Assembly (NCBI RefSeq): GCF_009914755.1 | Contig: NC_060938.1 | Origin: the human T2T-CHM13v2.0 reference genome, Homo sapiens | Length of the DNA: 64,000 nt | Reading direction: 5' to 3' (one strand) | Shown here: one piece after another, positions 45,026-64,000 of the stretch | Position numbering within the stretch: the stretch's first letter is position 1 | Layout: every line of letters begins with the position of its first letter | The notes under the pieces: model-generated | What the model was told of the DNA's origin: nothing | The model's input: only the letters and a program-made list of their open reading frames with translations | Database searches by the model: none | Made by a program: the position numbers and the translations under genes

Positions 45026-45493
45026 GAAGCAGTTAATTAATAACTGGTATAATTATTTGTTGGTGCCTGGCATCTCATTTAACTGGGAAGCTGCATGGTT
45101 GGGGTCCAGGGCTGAGTCTGTCGTTTACTAAGGTGTCCCCGCCTCTACTGCCCAGTGCTTGACACATTGCCAGTGCTCAATGTTTGCTATGCAATGGATG
45201 GAAAAATCACCCTTGTCTAATGAATGTTGAGTCTCACATTTTAATTTGTGAATAATTTCCCCAGTTTTATAGCTTAGGAGTTTTCATGGATTGCTTTCCT
45301 GACCTGAGGTTCACATGTTTGAAATTTACCCTAACCAGCCTGACTCTCTGCCACTTTCTGTTGCTGGCCTTGTCTGTCTGGAGGAAGGAGGAGGGTAGAT
45401 TACCTTCATGCTCACTGAGGCATCAGTGATAAGTGAAATTGATTCTTTCCCCCAGGCCTGATTCAGCAGGAAGCATCTCAGACACCAACCACT

Positions 45494-51881
<6,388 letters not shown>

Positions 51882-52244
51882 GAGGAGTGGGGGCGGCTGC
51901 GTAGCTGTGGTCCCAGGCCCAGGAGCCTGAGGGGGTGTCTAGGTGATCATTTGGATCTGGAGGCAGAGTCTGCCATTCTGCCAGACTAGCAATTTGGGGG
52001 CTTACTCATGCTAGGCTTGAGGAAGAAGAAAAACGCTTCGGCATTCTCCTTAGGACTTATCTGCTTGTAGATTTGGCTGATCCAATTAACATGTGGGGTT
52101 CTTGGTGTGGGTCTGGGGAGCTGAAGGATTTTATGGAGCTGGTGCTTTGGAGGAATCTTAAGGGAAAGGAGTAGAAGCTCAGGCCTTTGAAGGATTTCAG
52201 CTCCTCCTCTCTGTAATTTGTGCTTTAAGCATTTTTTTTCCTAA

Positions 52245-52250
52245 AATAAA
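52245..52250 (+). terminator. DHRS2: DHRS2 polyadenylation signal AATAAA
   Basis: First AATAAA downstream of the stop codon, preceded by a U-rich tract. Confidence 0.8.
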
Positions 52251-52889
52251 CTCAAATTTATCCTCAAGTCTGGAAGCATCTGTCAAGGGTAGAGCCCAGG
52301 GCAGCATGGTGGGAAGAGGCCTCTACCGCCAGCTGCCCTGAGCTCGTCGCAGACACACAGAGGCGGGAGTGAGTGTGCTGCCTTGCAGAAGGCTTTGTGT
52401 GTGCTCCATTATCTGAACTGGGCCTGCTGGGGGCTCAGCAAGGTGGTGGTGGGTGACAGTGGAAAGATTCTGGGGTTCTCCCAGGGGTCCTCCAGGCTAA
52501 TACTTCTTAATGTTTTCTGGGCCACACAGGCCTTTGAGAACCCAGAGAAAACAGTTATACCGAATCTTGTGCATAATTCCAGTTAGAGGAGAGTAGTCAG
52601 AGCTGAAGTTCCTCTTGGGGTGAACACATGGCTTTCTTATTGTCCTGAGTCATATTCGGGGGCACCGCCCTCTGTGTATGCATACTGAGGCTCAGCACAG
52701 TGGAGGGGGAACAGTGGTCCTCGAGCCATCCGTGGCCCTGAGCACCACTCTTGCCACCCATAAATGTTGTCCTGAACCAGTCCAGAGGGAGGAACTGAGA
52801 CAAGGCTTCCAAGCTGACCCCCGGCCTTGGTCTCATGGAAGCCCTTCAGCAACACCTCCTCTCCACACCAGCCGGGGACGGGTCCTTGT

Positions 52890-53360
52890 GGTGTGAATGG
52901 TTCAATTACAAAAGCATTTGTGCATCTTACTACAAGCTATGCATTGTGCCAGGCACCCTGGAGAACACAAACGTAAATAAGACCAAACCTCCCTCCAGTT
53001 CCTTCAGTGTGGTGGGAAAACAGAAGGTAGAATAGTCATCAGAAAATGAGGCAGAACATGTTTATTCATTTGATACATTTATTGACTATCATTCTGTGCC
53101 AGGCACTGTTCTAGGAGCTTAGGGTACAGCAATGAACAAAACAAAATTTGCTGCCCTATGAGCTCACATGCTAGTCAGGAGAAACTACAATAAATAACAA
53201 ACTATATTATATATAGTGTTACTAGGTACAGAATAAAAAAGATAAGGAGTAGGGCAGAGGAGTTGGGGGTGTGGGGGTTGAGGGCAAGCCAGGGTAGGCA
53301 CATCATATGCAAAGCATCACAGGACCGTGGAGGACCATGGCTTCCAGTGAGGCTGGTGGA
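52890..53360 (-). mobile_element. L2 fragments
   Basis: ttcatttgatacatttattga...tgtgccaggcactgttctagg. Confidence 0.7.
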
Positions 53361-55831
53361 GGTGCCATTGGAGCTGAGACCTACTCATTAAACATACGAA
53401 CAAATTAGGTTGCAGGAATGCTGTCTTTCAGTGGGAAGGCCAGGATCTGAACAGGTGGGACGGTTAATGGTGAAGGGATAAATGGACCTCTGGAATCCTC
53501 AAGACATGGGAGGTAATATTATAGTAATGGACAAGACCAGAGTCCGGATGTGTTTTTGGCCCTCCAGATCCACTCCCCACCCTTCTCTGCCCTGCGTGGT
53601 GCCAGGCTGACCTCTGTACTGTATCATGGAGGCTCCCTTGCCCTCAGGCTTCCACTCAGGGTTAGAACTGGGGAGGGCACGTGTTTCCCTGGCCCCCTCC
53701 CTGAAGGCAGTGTCTGTGTCCACCTATGACTATGGCTCCTGTGAGGCCACCCCCACCCCCTAATCACCAACTGGCTCCCTGCTTGGTCCCTTCAGGCTAG
53801 GAATGACTGTTGCTGGTTCCTGGTGCTTCACTACCCTTTGCTGGTTCCTTTAATCTTGCCCACCTATTATTCCTTCATTTCATTCTCTTTAACTCCTTTG
53901 AATGTGGCCTGACAAGGAAGCCACAGCCAGGTCAGGGTGGGGCAACCCTGATAGGTTTAACTATTGAAATCTTTCTAACTACCCCCAGCCAGACTGCCCT
54001 GGCCTCTTCCTTGGGTTCCTCTGGGCATTCCTATGACTCAGCAGCCAAAGGGTGAAGGGGTGACACAGCAGACTTGCCTCCTTTGTGGCCCAGGCCCTGC
54101 AGTAGAGAAAGAGCAAATGCAAGCAGATCTCTGGAGGTGCCAGGGACCTGCCTGAGATCCCCTGGGCATCACCTCCCTCCTCCTGGCCTTCTACAGCCAG
54201 GCTCCCGCTCCTTTCCAGGAACTCCATGGAAAGGAAGAGGAACAGTCATTTGGAGGTGAGCGGTGATTTCTCACTGGATCAGAAACCACTTTTTACAGCT
54301 CCCCAATGTCCCTACTTCCAAAACTATTTCTGGATGTTGAGGGGGGAGGGTCTTCTGGCTAAGCAGTGCCTGGCCCTGCCCGCTGCTCCTTCTCTTCCCA
54401 CTAAATTCTTTCTTTCCTCCTTCCTCATGGAATTGGGCCACCTCCAGCTCCTGTGCTGGGCCTCCCTAAATCCAGCTTTCCCTGCCTGGACATCTGTGCC
54501 ATATCCAGGCTGCCCACTCTGGAAGGTGGGCACTACCATGCATCAGCCTCAGGCCACCCATCTCCATGGGCAGCTGAAGGAATGCATTCTTATGGAAGCA
54601 CACCCCTCAGCCTGGGTTCTCCAGAAAGCAGAGCCAGATGTCAAGGCTTCTGTGGCTTCTAGAGGAAGACAGGAAGAGCCAGAATTCAAATGTGGTCTTC
54701 ATTCTGTAGCCCTCCATGAGTCTTGCTGTGAGTGGCATCGTCACTGCTTGGAGTAAGTCCCCTGGTGGAGTCCTTGCCCCAAACCTGCCCTGACTGGGAA
54801 GTAAGATTGAGAGCCTCAGTTTCTGAGAAATGGCGGTCCCCCAAAATCCTTCCTGACTTCAAGGTGTGTGATTCTCATCTAATATTATTTGGTTGACAGC
54901 CCTCCCTCATTGAGCAAATGAGTGTGAATCTCTCCTATGGCAGTGTGCGGTGGGCATCCCAGGTTCCCAAGGGAGATTTGAACCAGCTACTGGGCTAGGT
55001 GCAACTTAGAAAGAATCAGGGCAGAACAGAAGAGTGTCTGAGTTACCCAGAGCCCCATACAGTTTCCAGTGGGTGAATTTATAGTGGAATCTGGCAACAT
55101 AGACACATGGTTTTTCTAGTCAAACTCAGCAACTCCGGATTGAGGATGGAGGAAAATGGATAACCAGGTCTTCCTGGGTTTGGGACATGTCCAGGCCACA
55201 GTTCGGTGCCAGGATGTCACCTGACGTGGCCCAGTGGAGGGATCCCAGTACGGGGGATGGTGGGGATCCAAATTCTTCAGTGACCCAATAGCATAAGGTC
55301 TCAGCACTGAGGCTTCAGTCAGTGTGGGGAAGGTTCTACGACCTGGATGAGCTGGGGAGACAGAGCAAGGTGTAGTAGGAGATGCAGCAGGCAATGGGAG
55401 GCCAAATTCTCCAGGTGAGAAGCCCAGGCCCAGAGAGGTGACTCACTCAAAGGTTCTGCAGCTCTGGAACAGCCAAGGCAGTGAATACGGCCCTGCCACT
55501 CTAGCTTCAGCACCATGACCTTCTCCTCCACTTTCAGGGGCTGAGTGCAGTGAAAGTAACCAGGTAAGATGGGACAATGTAGGCTTGCAGGAGAGACACT
55601 GAGAGTGGAGAGATTGGCTGCAGAGAGGCTGGTGGAACCGCAGTTCAAAAGCAGGGCAGGGGATTGATCCCTGTCCTCCCTGCAATGAGAGTAGGGAAAG
55701 CTTTGACTTCCTAGGTAAGAGCAGAGAGATGTCACCAAGACAGAAAGCCCCATTTCTGTACACAGTGGGGAGAACAGGACTTTGCACACAGCCAAGCAAT
55801 GCTCAAAGGGGGGATTTGGAGTCCTGGTGAC

Positions 55832-55879
55832 ATGTGTTTTTGTGTGTGTGCAAGTGTGTGTGTGTCATGTGTGTGTGTG
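55832..55879 (+). repeat. Interrupted (TG)n microsatellite
   Basis: tgtgtgtgtgcaagtgtgtgtgtgtcatgtgtgtgtgtg. Confidence 0.85.
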
Positions 55880-58800
55880 GTACAGTAGGGCTGACCTTAG
55901 CAAGGGGAAGGCGTTGGAGAAAGTGCAGATGAGGATGTGGGAGGTGTGGAGGGGGATTTGCACTTGATTTATGGCTCTTGCCTCTTCCTTTGTTGAAATA
56001 CTCATCCTGGGTCCAAGCTGAGCCAAGCCTTGCGGAGTGAGGAGTGGGGGACAGACAGAAGGGAAGGCCTTTGTGCTCTGACTCAGCTCCTCCACCCTGC
56101 CATGCTCCTTGGGCTGTCCAGTGCCTCACAGCCCCCTAAGTGGACAGAGTGCAGTGTCTCGTGGCCTAACTGGGTAGGGTGAGGACAAGGGCTGGGACTG
56201 GTTGAGTCTCCCATCTCCTTCTCCCATAGTCTTTCTCAGGCCAAGTTTCCAGCACAGGGGCTATGGGTTGTGCATAACCATGCACATGTGCTTCCTTGGG
56301 ATAAATCACCTCAGTATTTATTTGGTTTCCAGTAGCCTTGGGCGGTACTGAGACTATTACCTGGGCTAATCAATGAGAAACAACAAACAAAACAACAGCC
56401 ATAGGGTTTCTGCCGGCTTGGAAGTGTCTGGGAGCTGGGCAGGAGGAAGAAATGGAACCCTGGAAGTGATGGGGCAGTGAGTGGGACTGATGAGTTTACA
56501 GCTCTTCAGGTGTGGGCAGAGCGCCTTAGGATGGGTCAGACTCTGGGGGCTGGAGTCAGAATAGCAGACTCTCCACTATGGGAGCACTTTGTTGCCTACT
56601 TGTACATTTCAGGTTAATTCCCTTATCTCTGATCTCTTAAGAGAAAAGAGAAAAAGTCCCAGGGCTATGGGGGAATTCTAGAGTGTGCAGGATGGCCACA
56701 GATAAGCATTCTGGTAAACTGGGGTGATGGCATTCCAGCCTGAGGGTTCTCTGTCTGGTGACTCCCCAGGCAACCCATGCTTGTTTGGATATTATCCCCA
56801 CCCCTTGGAATAAAAAGTGGTACAAGCTGCAACCCCTGTTTTTGCTTTTTCCAGACCACTGTGTGGTTGGGGGAGATCCTCTTGTCCACTGCAATGTAGC
56901 ACTCACCTCGGCACTGCGTATCTCCAGCTGTCCCTGCCCATGTTCCGCTTGTGAGGCTGGGCTCGCCCAGCAGGAGGGAGGTCAGGGCAGTGCCAGAGTG
57001 AGGAACCCAGTGCTAAATTGTATCAGAAGGTGTGGTCCCAGGGTGGCTTGAGACAGTGTGGCTGTAGCTGAAGAGTAGAACGTGAGGTTTTACGGAGGCT
57101 TGGTTCTGTGTGGTCAGGTGAGAACAGAAATGGGTGCATGCCTGAGGCAGTGTGTATTCACTGTTGACTCCAGCAGCAAACATCCTGGATTAGATTTTAC
57201 CAAGAAGATGAGTTGTCCGTCCAAAGCAAATGGTCCCTTTGGTCAATTATATAGTGGGGGTAAGCACTGGCTGACTGACAAAGTGAAAGAGTGACAGGAG
57301 TAGGATGGAAATGGAGGAAAGGAGTGATCACAGGTCAAGGTTCAGAATGAAGGCCACAAGCCACAGTATGCCTCATGCTTCCTCGTGTGTAGGGCTGGGA
57401 GAGTGTGTTGAGGCAGGTGGAGGAACCTGAAGGAGCGGTGCAGGCCATGACTATTTTGTGTGCCCTGGATGGCTGGACTCAAGTTTAGAGTTTCTGTCCC
57501 TTTAGCCCTTGAAGGCTAAAAGATGCTGTACCCTATGCAGGCAGCATTCTTATGAATCCTAGTGAGTAAAATGACTCCCCTTGCTGATCATTTTATCTGT
57601 GACTTTTGATGTTTTCTAATTGCTACCCACTCCAGAGAAGTTAATTTGTGGATATACATACACAGCTTGCAAGAGGCAAAGCTGTGATTTGAATCTGAGT
57701 CTTTTTCTTAACCATCCTTCATGACAAAATGATGGCCAAGGCTCTATGAGCCCAGTTTTCTCCTCTGGCTATTCCGTCCTGTTCTGTGTCTCTTGAAAGC
57801 AGAGCCTGAGGCTTTCAATATTTGGACAAGATATGAGAGGGAGCGTGAGTGAGGGAGGGAGTGGTGAGAGAGTTAGGGAGGCAGGAAAGCCACTACAGGG
57901 GTACATCATGGAGGGAGCCCCCACATGCCCATCCCCCTAGGACCTCTTATAAGAGTGTGGGATGCCTCTGGAAGAGTGGGATGGCAGATGGAGCATTCAT
58001 CCATGGGTTCTTAGCTGCCACCTATCAAGGGTTGCCTCGGAGTTATCAGCTCCTTCACAATTCCCCCAACAGAGAGGAAGATGCATCCACAGTGCAATGA
58101 GTTGAGACCCACAGGAAATGGCCCACCCCAGCCATGTCTGAAATCAGGATGAGGGCAAGAGTCAGGGCACTCAATACATCTGCTACAAGGTCTCTGGGAA
58201 GTAACAGTCCATGGGCTCAAATATGTTTAAAAACAAAACACTTGATCCATTGCTCCTGTGAGACTCCAGGGAGAAACAAAATATTTCCTATGCACAAAAT
58301 GACAGTTAGTCCACTTCCCCCAAGGGGTAGAGTTTAGAAATTTTCACTGGAGGCTTTCAAGCTGCCCAATCTCAAATCTGTCGTTAATGGTTTGAGCAGT
58401 CCCCGTGGCTGTCTCTTGGAGTTACCAAAAGAAGCCAGAGAATTAAAAGGAAGGGAAGACAGGAAAGGAGGATCAGAGAGAAAACCCTTAATTAACTAGA
58501 CACATGAAAAGAGCTTGGGGGTCTTTCAAAACCAAATGTTCTATTTGTTGCAAAATAGAATTATTTAAATGCAACAATTAATACTATAAAGTTTACATGC
58601 TGATCTTAAAACTCCCTTTACTTTTCCCTAAGTAAATAACAGGACAGTTTTACAATGTGAGGACTTGGGAAGTGGAGTAATACAGGGCCTTCTCTTGTCC
58701 CATTTCAGGTAACTTGGTTTCTGGAGACCATTGACAAAGGATGCTCATGGTAATGGTGGGTCCCTGGTGGCCTGAAGCACCCCAAATGTGGGTTTGATGT

Positions 58801-59028
58801 TTGGAAACCTCAGCAATAACCCTGGCCAGAGCAACAGGCAGTTTGGGTCTCGAATGTCCTGGGTCAGATTTTACCAGAAAAATGAACTGTTTTTCCATCT
58901 AAAGCAAGTGGTTCCCTGGGCCAACTGAACAGCTTACTGAGAGCACAGTCAGCCCATATCTGGAGGGGTTCTTTTAACAGGCAAGAGGAGGAAGTATGGG
59001 ATGCCAAGGAAAAGAAACCATCACTTTC

Positions 59029-59685
<657 letters not shown>

Positions 59686-60896
59686 GACCCTCCAACCCTC
59701 AACTACAAAACAGTCTACATCAGATAGAGCCATTTCCAGAATCCTCCTCTAACTCCTTTCTTCTCTTCCCCATTGTCTGGAATTTTATCAGCTAACTTCC
59801 TGCCAGACCTTTCAGAGAGGCTCAGTTCTACTCCTGCTTTGCTTCACTTGTTGGGGTTAAGCTTTGACGCAGCTGTGGGGAGGTGTAACTGCCTGAGGAT
59901 TCATCTGATGTAAGCCTGCATTCCTGCCATAAAGGCTGTGTTTTTCCTGCCAAATCTGCTGGTTTTCCTCCAGTGCCCTGGTCTCTAACCTTTTCAAGAA
60001 GAGATTGAAACCTGCCCATCACCTGCCTTGGGAGCAGCCACACCCCAGAATTAAGGAAGAGATAACTGGGAAAGATAATACAAAAGTCTAATTTACCCTC
60101 ACCTTTCCTCTCCCCTGCCATTTTATAGACAAGGAAACTGAGGGCCATAGAGGGGCAAGGGACTTGACAATGTGGAGGGCTGGTGGGAGAAATTATCCAA
60201 AAATAAGGTTCCTTAATTTCCAGTGTGGGCTTGTCCATGAGAAAGCCCCATGCCAGGTTCCCCTGCTTTCTTGGTCTCCTGCATTGATGATCCTTTAAGT
60301 TCTTTTTCCTGCCCCCAGGGCAGGAGCTTCTGGATTTAAATAGGAACAGTTCTTGAAGATGGGATGGCCAACCTGGCATTAACCTCTGCCAGCCCACCGA
60401 TAAGCCCAAATGATTTCACTGTCATACCAATGGGAGGTCGGAGAGCCTGGCTGATCCCCACTGCATCCCAGCCAACAGTGGGCCCATCCTCAAAGCTCCT
60501 GCCCACTGGAGTTTTAGAATATCTTCTATTAAAGGACTTTGGTGTCTCAAAAAGTGGCTGAAGTGATCCTTACTTGGTATTCAATCAATAATTTAAAAAA
60601 AAAATCAGGTCAATTTCTGTACCACTCAGGCAGTATAGTAAAAGTAAATAATTGAATTCACATCTGTACTCCTTAGTTTGAAAGGCATTCAAAAAGAAAA
60701 GCAACCCTGGCAGCCAGGCCTTAGTGTTCATAGGAGCTGGCCTGGCCCTATAGCTAGATGAAGGTGCTCTGTTCAACACAAACAATTTCAGGAAATACCC
60801 CTTCAGGCAAGGTCACTCTGTTCACTTGATGGATAAAGACAAAAATAAGATTACTCTGTAATCATGTCTGAACACAGGCAAAATAAATTATTATCT

Positions 60897-61330
60897 GATA
60901 TGGTTTGGCTCTGTGTCCCCACCCAAATCTCACGTTGACTTTAATCCCCAGTGTTGGAGGTGGGGCCTGGCGGGAGGTGGTTGGCCCCAGTGTTGGAGGT
61001 GGGGCCTGGCGGGAGGTGGTTGGATCATCAGGTGGTTTCTGATGGTTTAGCACCATCCACCTAGTGCTGTCTCAGGATAGAGTTCTCACGAGATCTGGCT
61101 GTTTCAAAGTGTGTGGCGCCCTCCCCTCTGCTCTTTCTCTCCTGCTCTGCCATGTGAAGACACGCCTGCTTCCCCTTTGCCTCCTGTCATGATTGTAAGT
61201 TTCCTGAGGCCTCCCCAGCCATGCTACCTGTACAACCTGCAGAACCGTGAGCCAATTAAACCTCTTTTCTTTAGAAATTACCCAGTCTTGGGTAGTTCTT
61301 TATAGCAATGTGAGAATGGACTAAATATAT
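60897..61330 (+). mobile_element. MSTA/B LTR containing a 39-bp tandem duplication, nested in an older MER31-like LTR ending ~61719
   Basis: tgatatggtttggctctgtgtcccc start; ...ggagggtattgaca end of the host LTR. Confidence 0.8.
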
Positions 61331-61972
61331 CATCCAAACTACAAAAGTGACCAAACACACAGTCCCCCAGCTTGCTTAAGAGTGACTGCCGCTGCTTCAT
61401 CAAAAGCAACTTTAACTTTGCTCCTTTCCTCTCTCTTTCTAGACTCAAACTGTTAAGATGCTCATGGTAAAGACTCTAATCAGAGAGTTACCCCTGCTTC
61501 CCGGCTGGATCCAATCCAGGGCAAAGCCTTGCTTCCTTGAATCCTCCTCAAAATCTCCTGACACAAGCTAAATCCTGTAAGTCCTTTCTAACATTCTCTT
61601 ACTGAGATGCCCCACAGATACCCATGGTGTGTGTTCTTCCTTATTGTGGCAAATCAATAAAACTAGTTTTATTTGACTACAGTTGTGATCTGGTGGTCTT
61701 TGGCTGGAGGGTATTGACAGCACTTACATTTACTTAAAACATTTTTTTGATGAATTAATTTCGTAACAAATTTAAGCACTTTGAAAGGGTGAAAAGCGAG
61801 AAGTAAGTCCTTTTTTATCCTCAAACCTTAGAATTCAGCTGCCCTCCCTGGAGGCAATCACTGTTACTAAAGCCAGTCTATGTCTGTGCAAGCAGGCATG
61901 CATAGTTGCTCATCACATTTATCATTATTACTGTTGTCCCCTTTCCATTCATCTATCCACTCAGTATGTATT

Positions 61973-62425
61973 TGTATTAGTCAGGGTTCTCTTAGAGAGA
62001 CAGAACTAATAGGATATATATATTCTTTGAATGAATATATATATGGGATTTTATTAAGTATTAATTTACAGGATCACAAGGTCCCACAATAGGCTGTCTG
62101 CAAGCTGAGGAGCAAGGAGAGCCAGTCACAGTCCTAAAACTGAAGAACTTGGAGTCCGATGTTCGAGGGAAGGAAGCATCCAGCATGAGAGAAAGATGTA
62201 GAGTGGCAGAGACTAGGCCTATCTCTCCTTTTCACATTTTTCTGCCTGCTTTATATTCTCTGGAAGCTGATTAGATTGTGCCCACCAGATTAAGGGTGGA
62301 TCTGCTTTCCCCAGCCCACCGGCTCAAATTTTAATCTCTTTTGGCAACACGCTCACAGACACACCCAAGATCAATACTTTTATCCTTCAATCCAATCAAG
62401 TTGACACTCAGTATTAATCATCACA
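61973..62425 (-). mobile_element. MLT2A (HERVL) solo LTR
   Basis: tgtattagtcagggttctc ... cagtattaatcatcaca; TSD gtatt/ttatt. Confidence 0.88.
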
Positions 62426-62507
62426 TTATTGTACCTGGGACTCCACAGCAATGCTATGAACTTTCTCAGTGAAAGTATAAAGGTGGCTCAGGATGATGTA
62501 TGAACAA

Positions 62508-62830
<323 letters not shown>

Positions 62831-63010
62831 AACAATTTTTCAATCAGCAAAGGCAAGAGAAGAAGGGTTTCTGTTGTTTGTGGTGATTTTAAACAGCTAC
62901 CAAAAGTTTATTTGCAAAGAGGCCTATTGGTTGCTTTTGATTCTGTCTTCATTTATAGATTAGAACATCACTGTTGATGTAGAAGTTGCAGCATTTATGA
63001 CAATGAGGGG

Positions 63011-63692
<682 letters not shown>

Positions 63693-63731
63693 GGGGGGGG
63701 GGTTGGACTGAGGGGTACTGAAGGGTACTGA

Positions 63732-63992
<261 letters not shown>

Positions 63993-64000
63993 TGAATACA

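Noticed and set aside
54226-54756. 176-aa ATG-initiated ORF downstream of DHRS2
   Set aside because: No recognisable homology or supporting gene signals
55182-55191. Perfect p53 half-site GGACATGTCC (tempting given the reported DHRS2-MDM2 link)
   Set aside because: No adjacent second half-site
59828-60409. 193-aa minus-strand ORF
   Set aside because: No domain recognised; overlaps MIR-like sequence

Overview
Primate (almost certainly human) genomic DNA containing one protein-coding gene, DHRS2 (Hep27, a short-chain dehydrogenase/reductase), on the + strand. Eight coding exons between 45494 and 51881 splice into a 280-aa ORF with TGxxxGIG and YxxxK motifs; the poly(A) signal is at 52245. The rest is mostly interspersed repeat: an Alu-riddled antisense L1 (1-6.8 kb), MER41, a rearranged THE1 provirus, Charlie1, a ~6.7-kb MER50-type provirus, an Hsmar1 mariner, MER4, MST/MLT LTRs, L2 and MIR. 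The most interesting structure is the DHRS2 5' end. An internally deleted ERV9/LTR12 provirus (42256-45025, GAAG target-site duplication) appears to supply a promoter, first exon and splice donor. Its 5' LTR poly(A) hexamer is mutated, the change overlaps an upstream ATG, an array of five donor-like sites follows, and an intact 3' LTR (promoter plus AATAAA) lies inside intron 1. A candidate cellular TATA promoter/first exon sits ~6.2 kb upstream, with a strong CTCF motif between the two promoters. Repeat subfamily names are by-eye recognition, not RepeatMasker results. No tRNA, rRNA or CRISPR features were seen.
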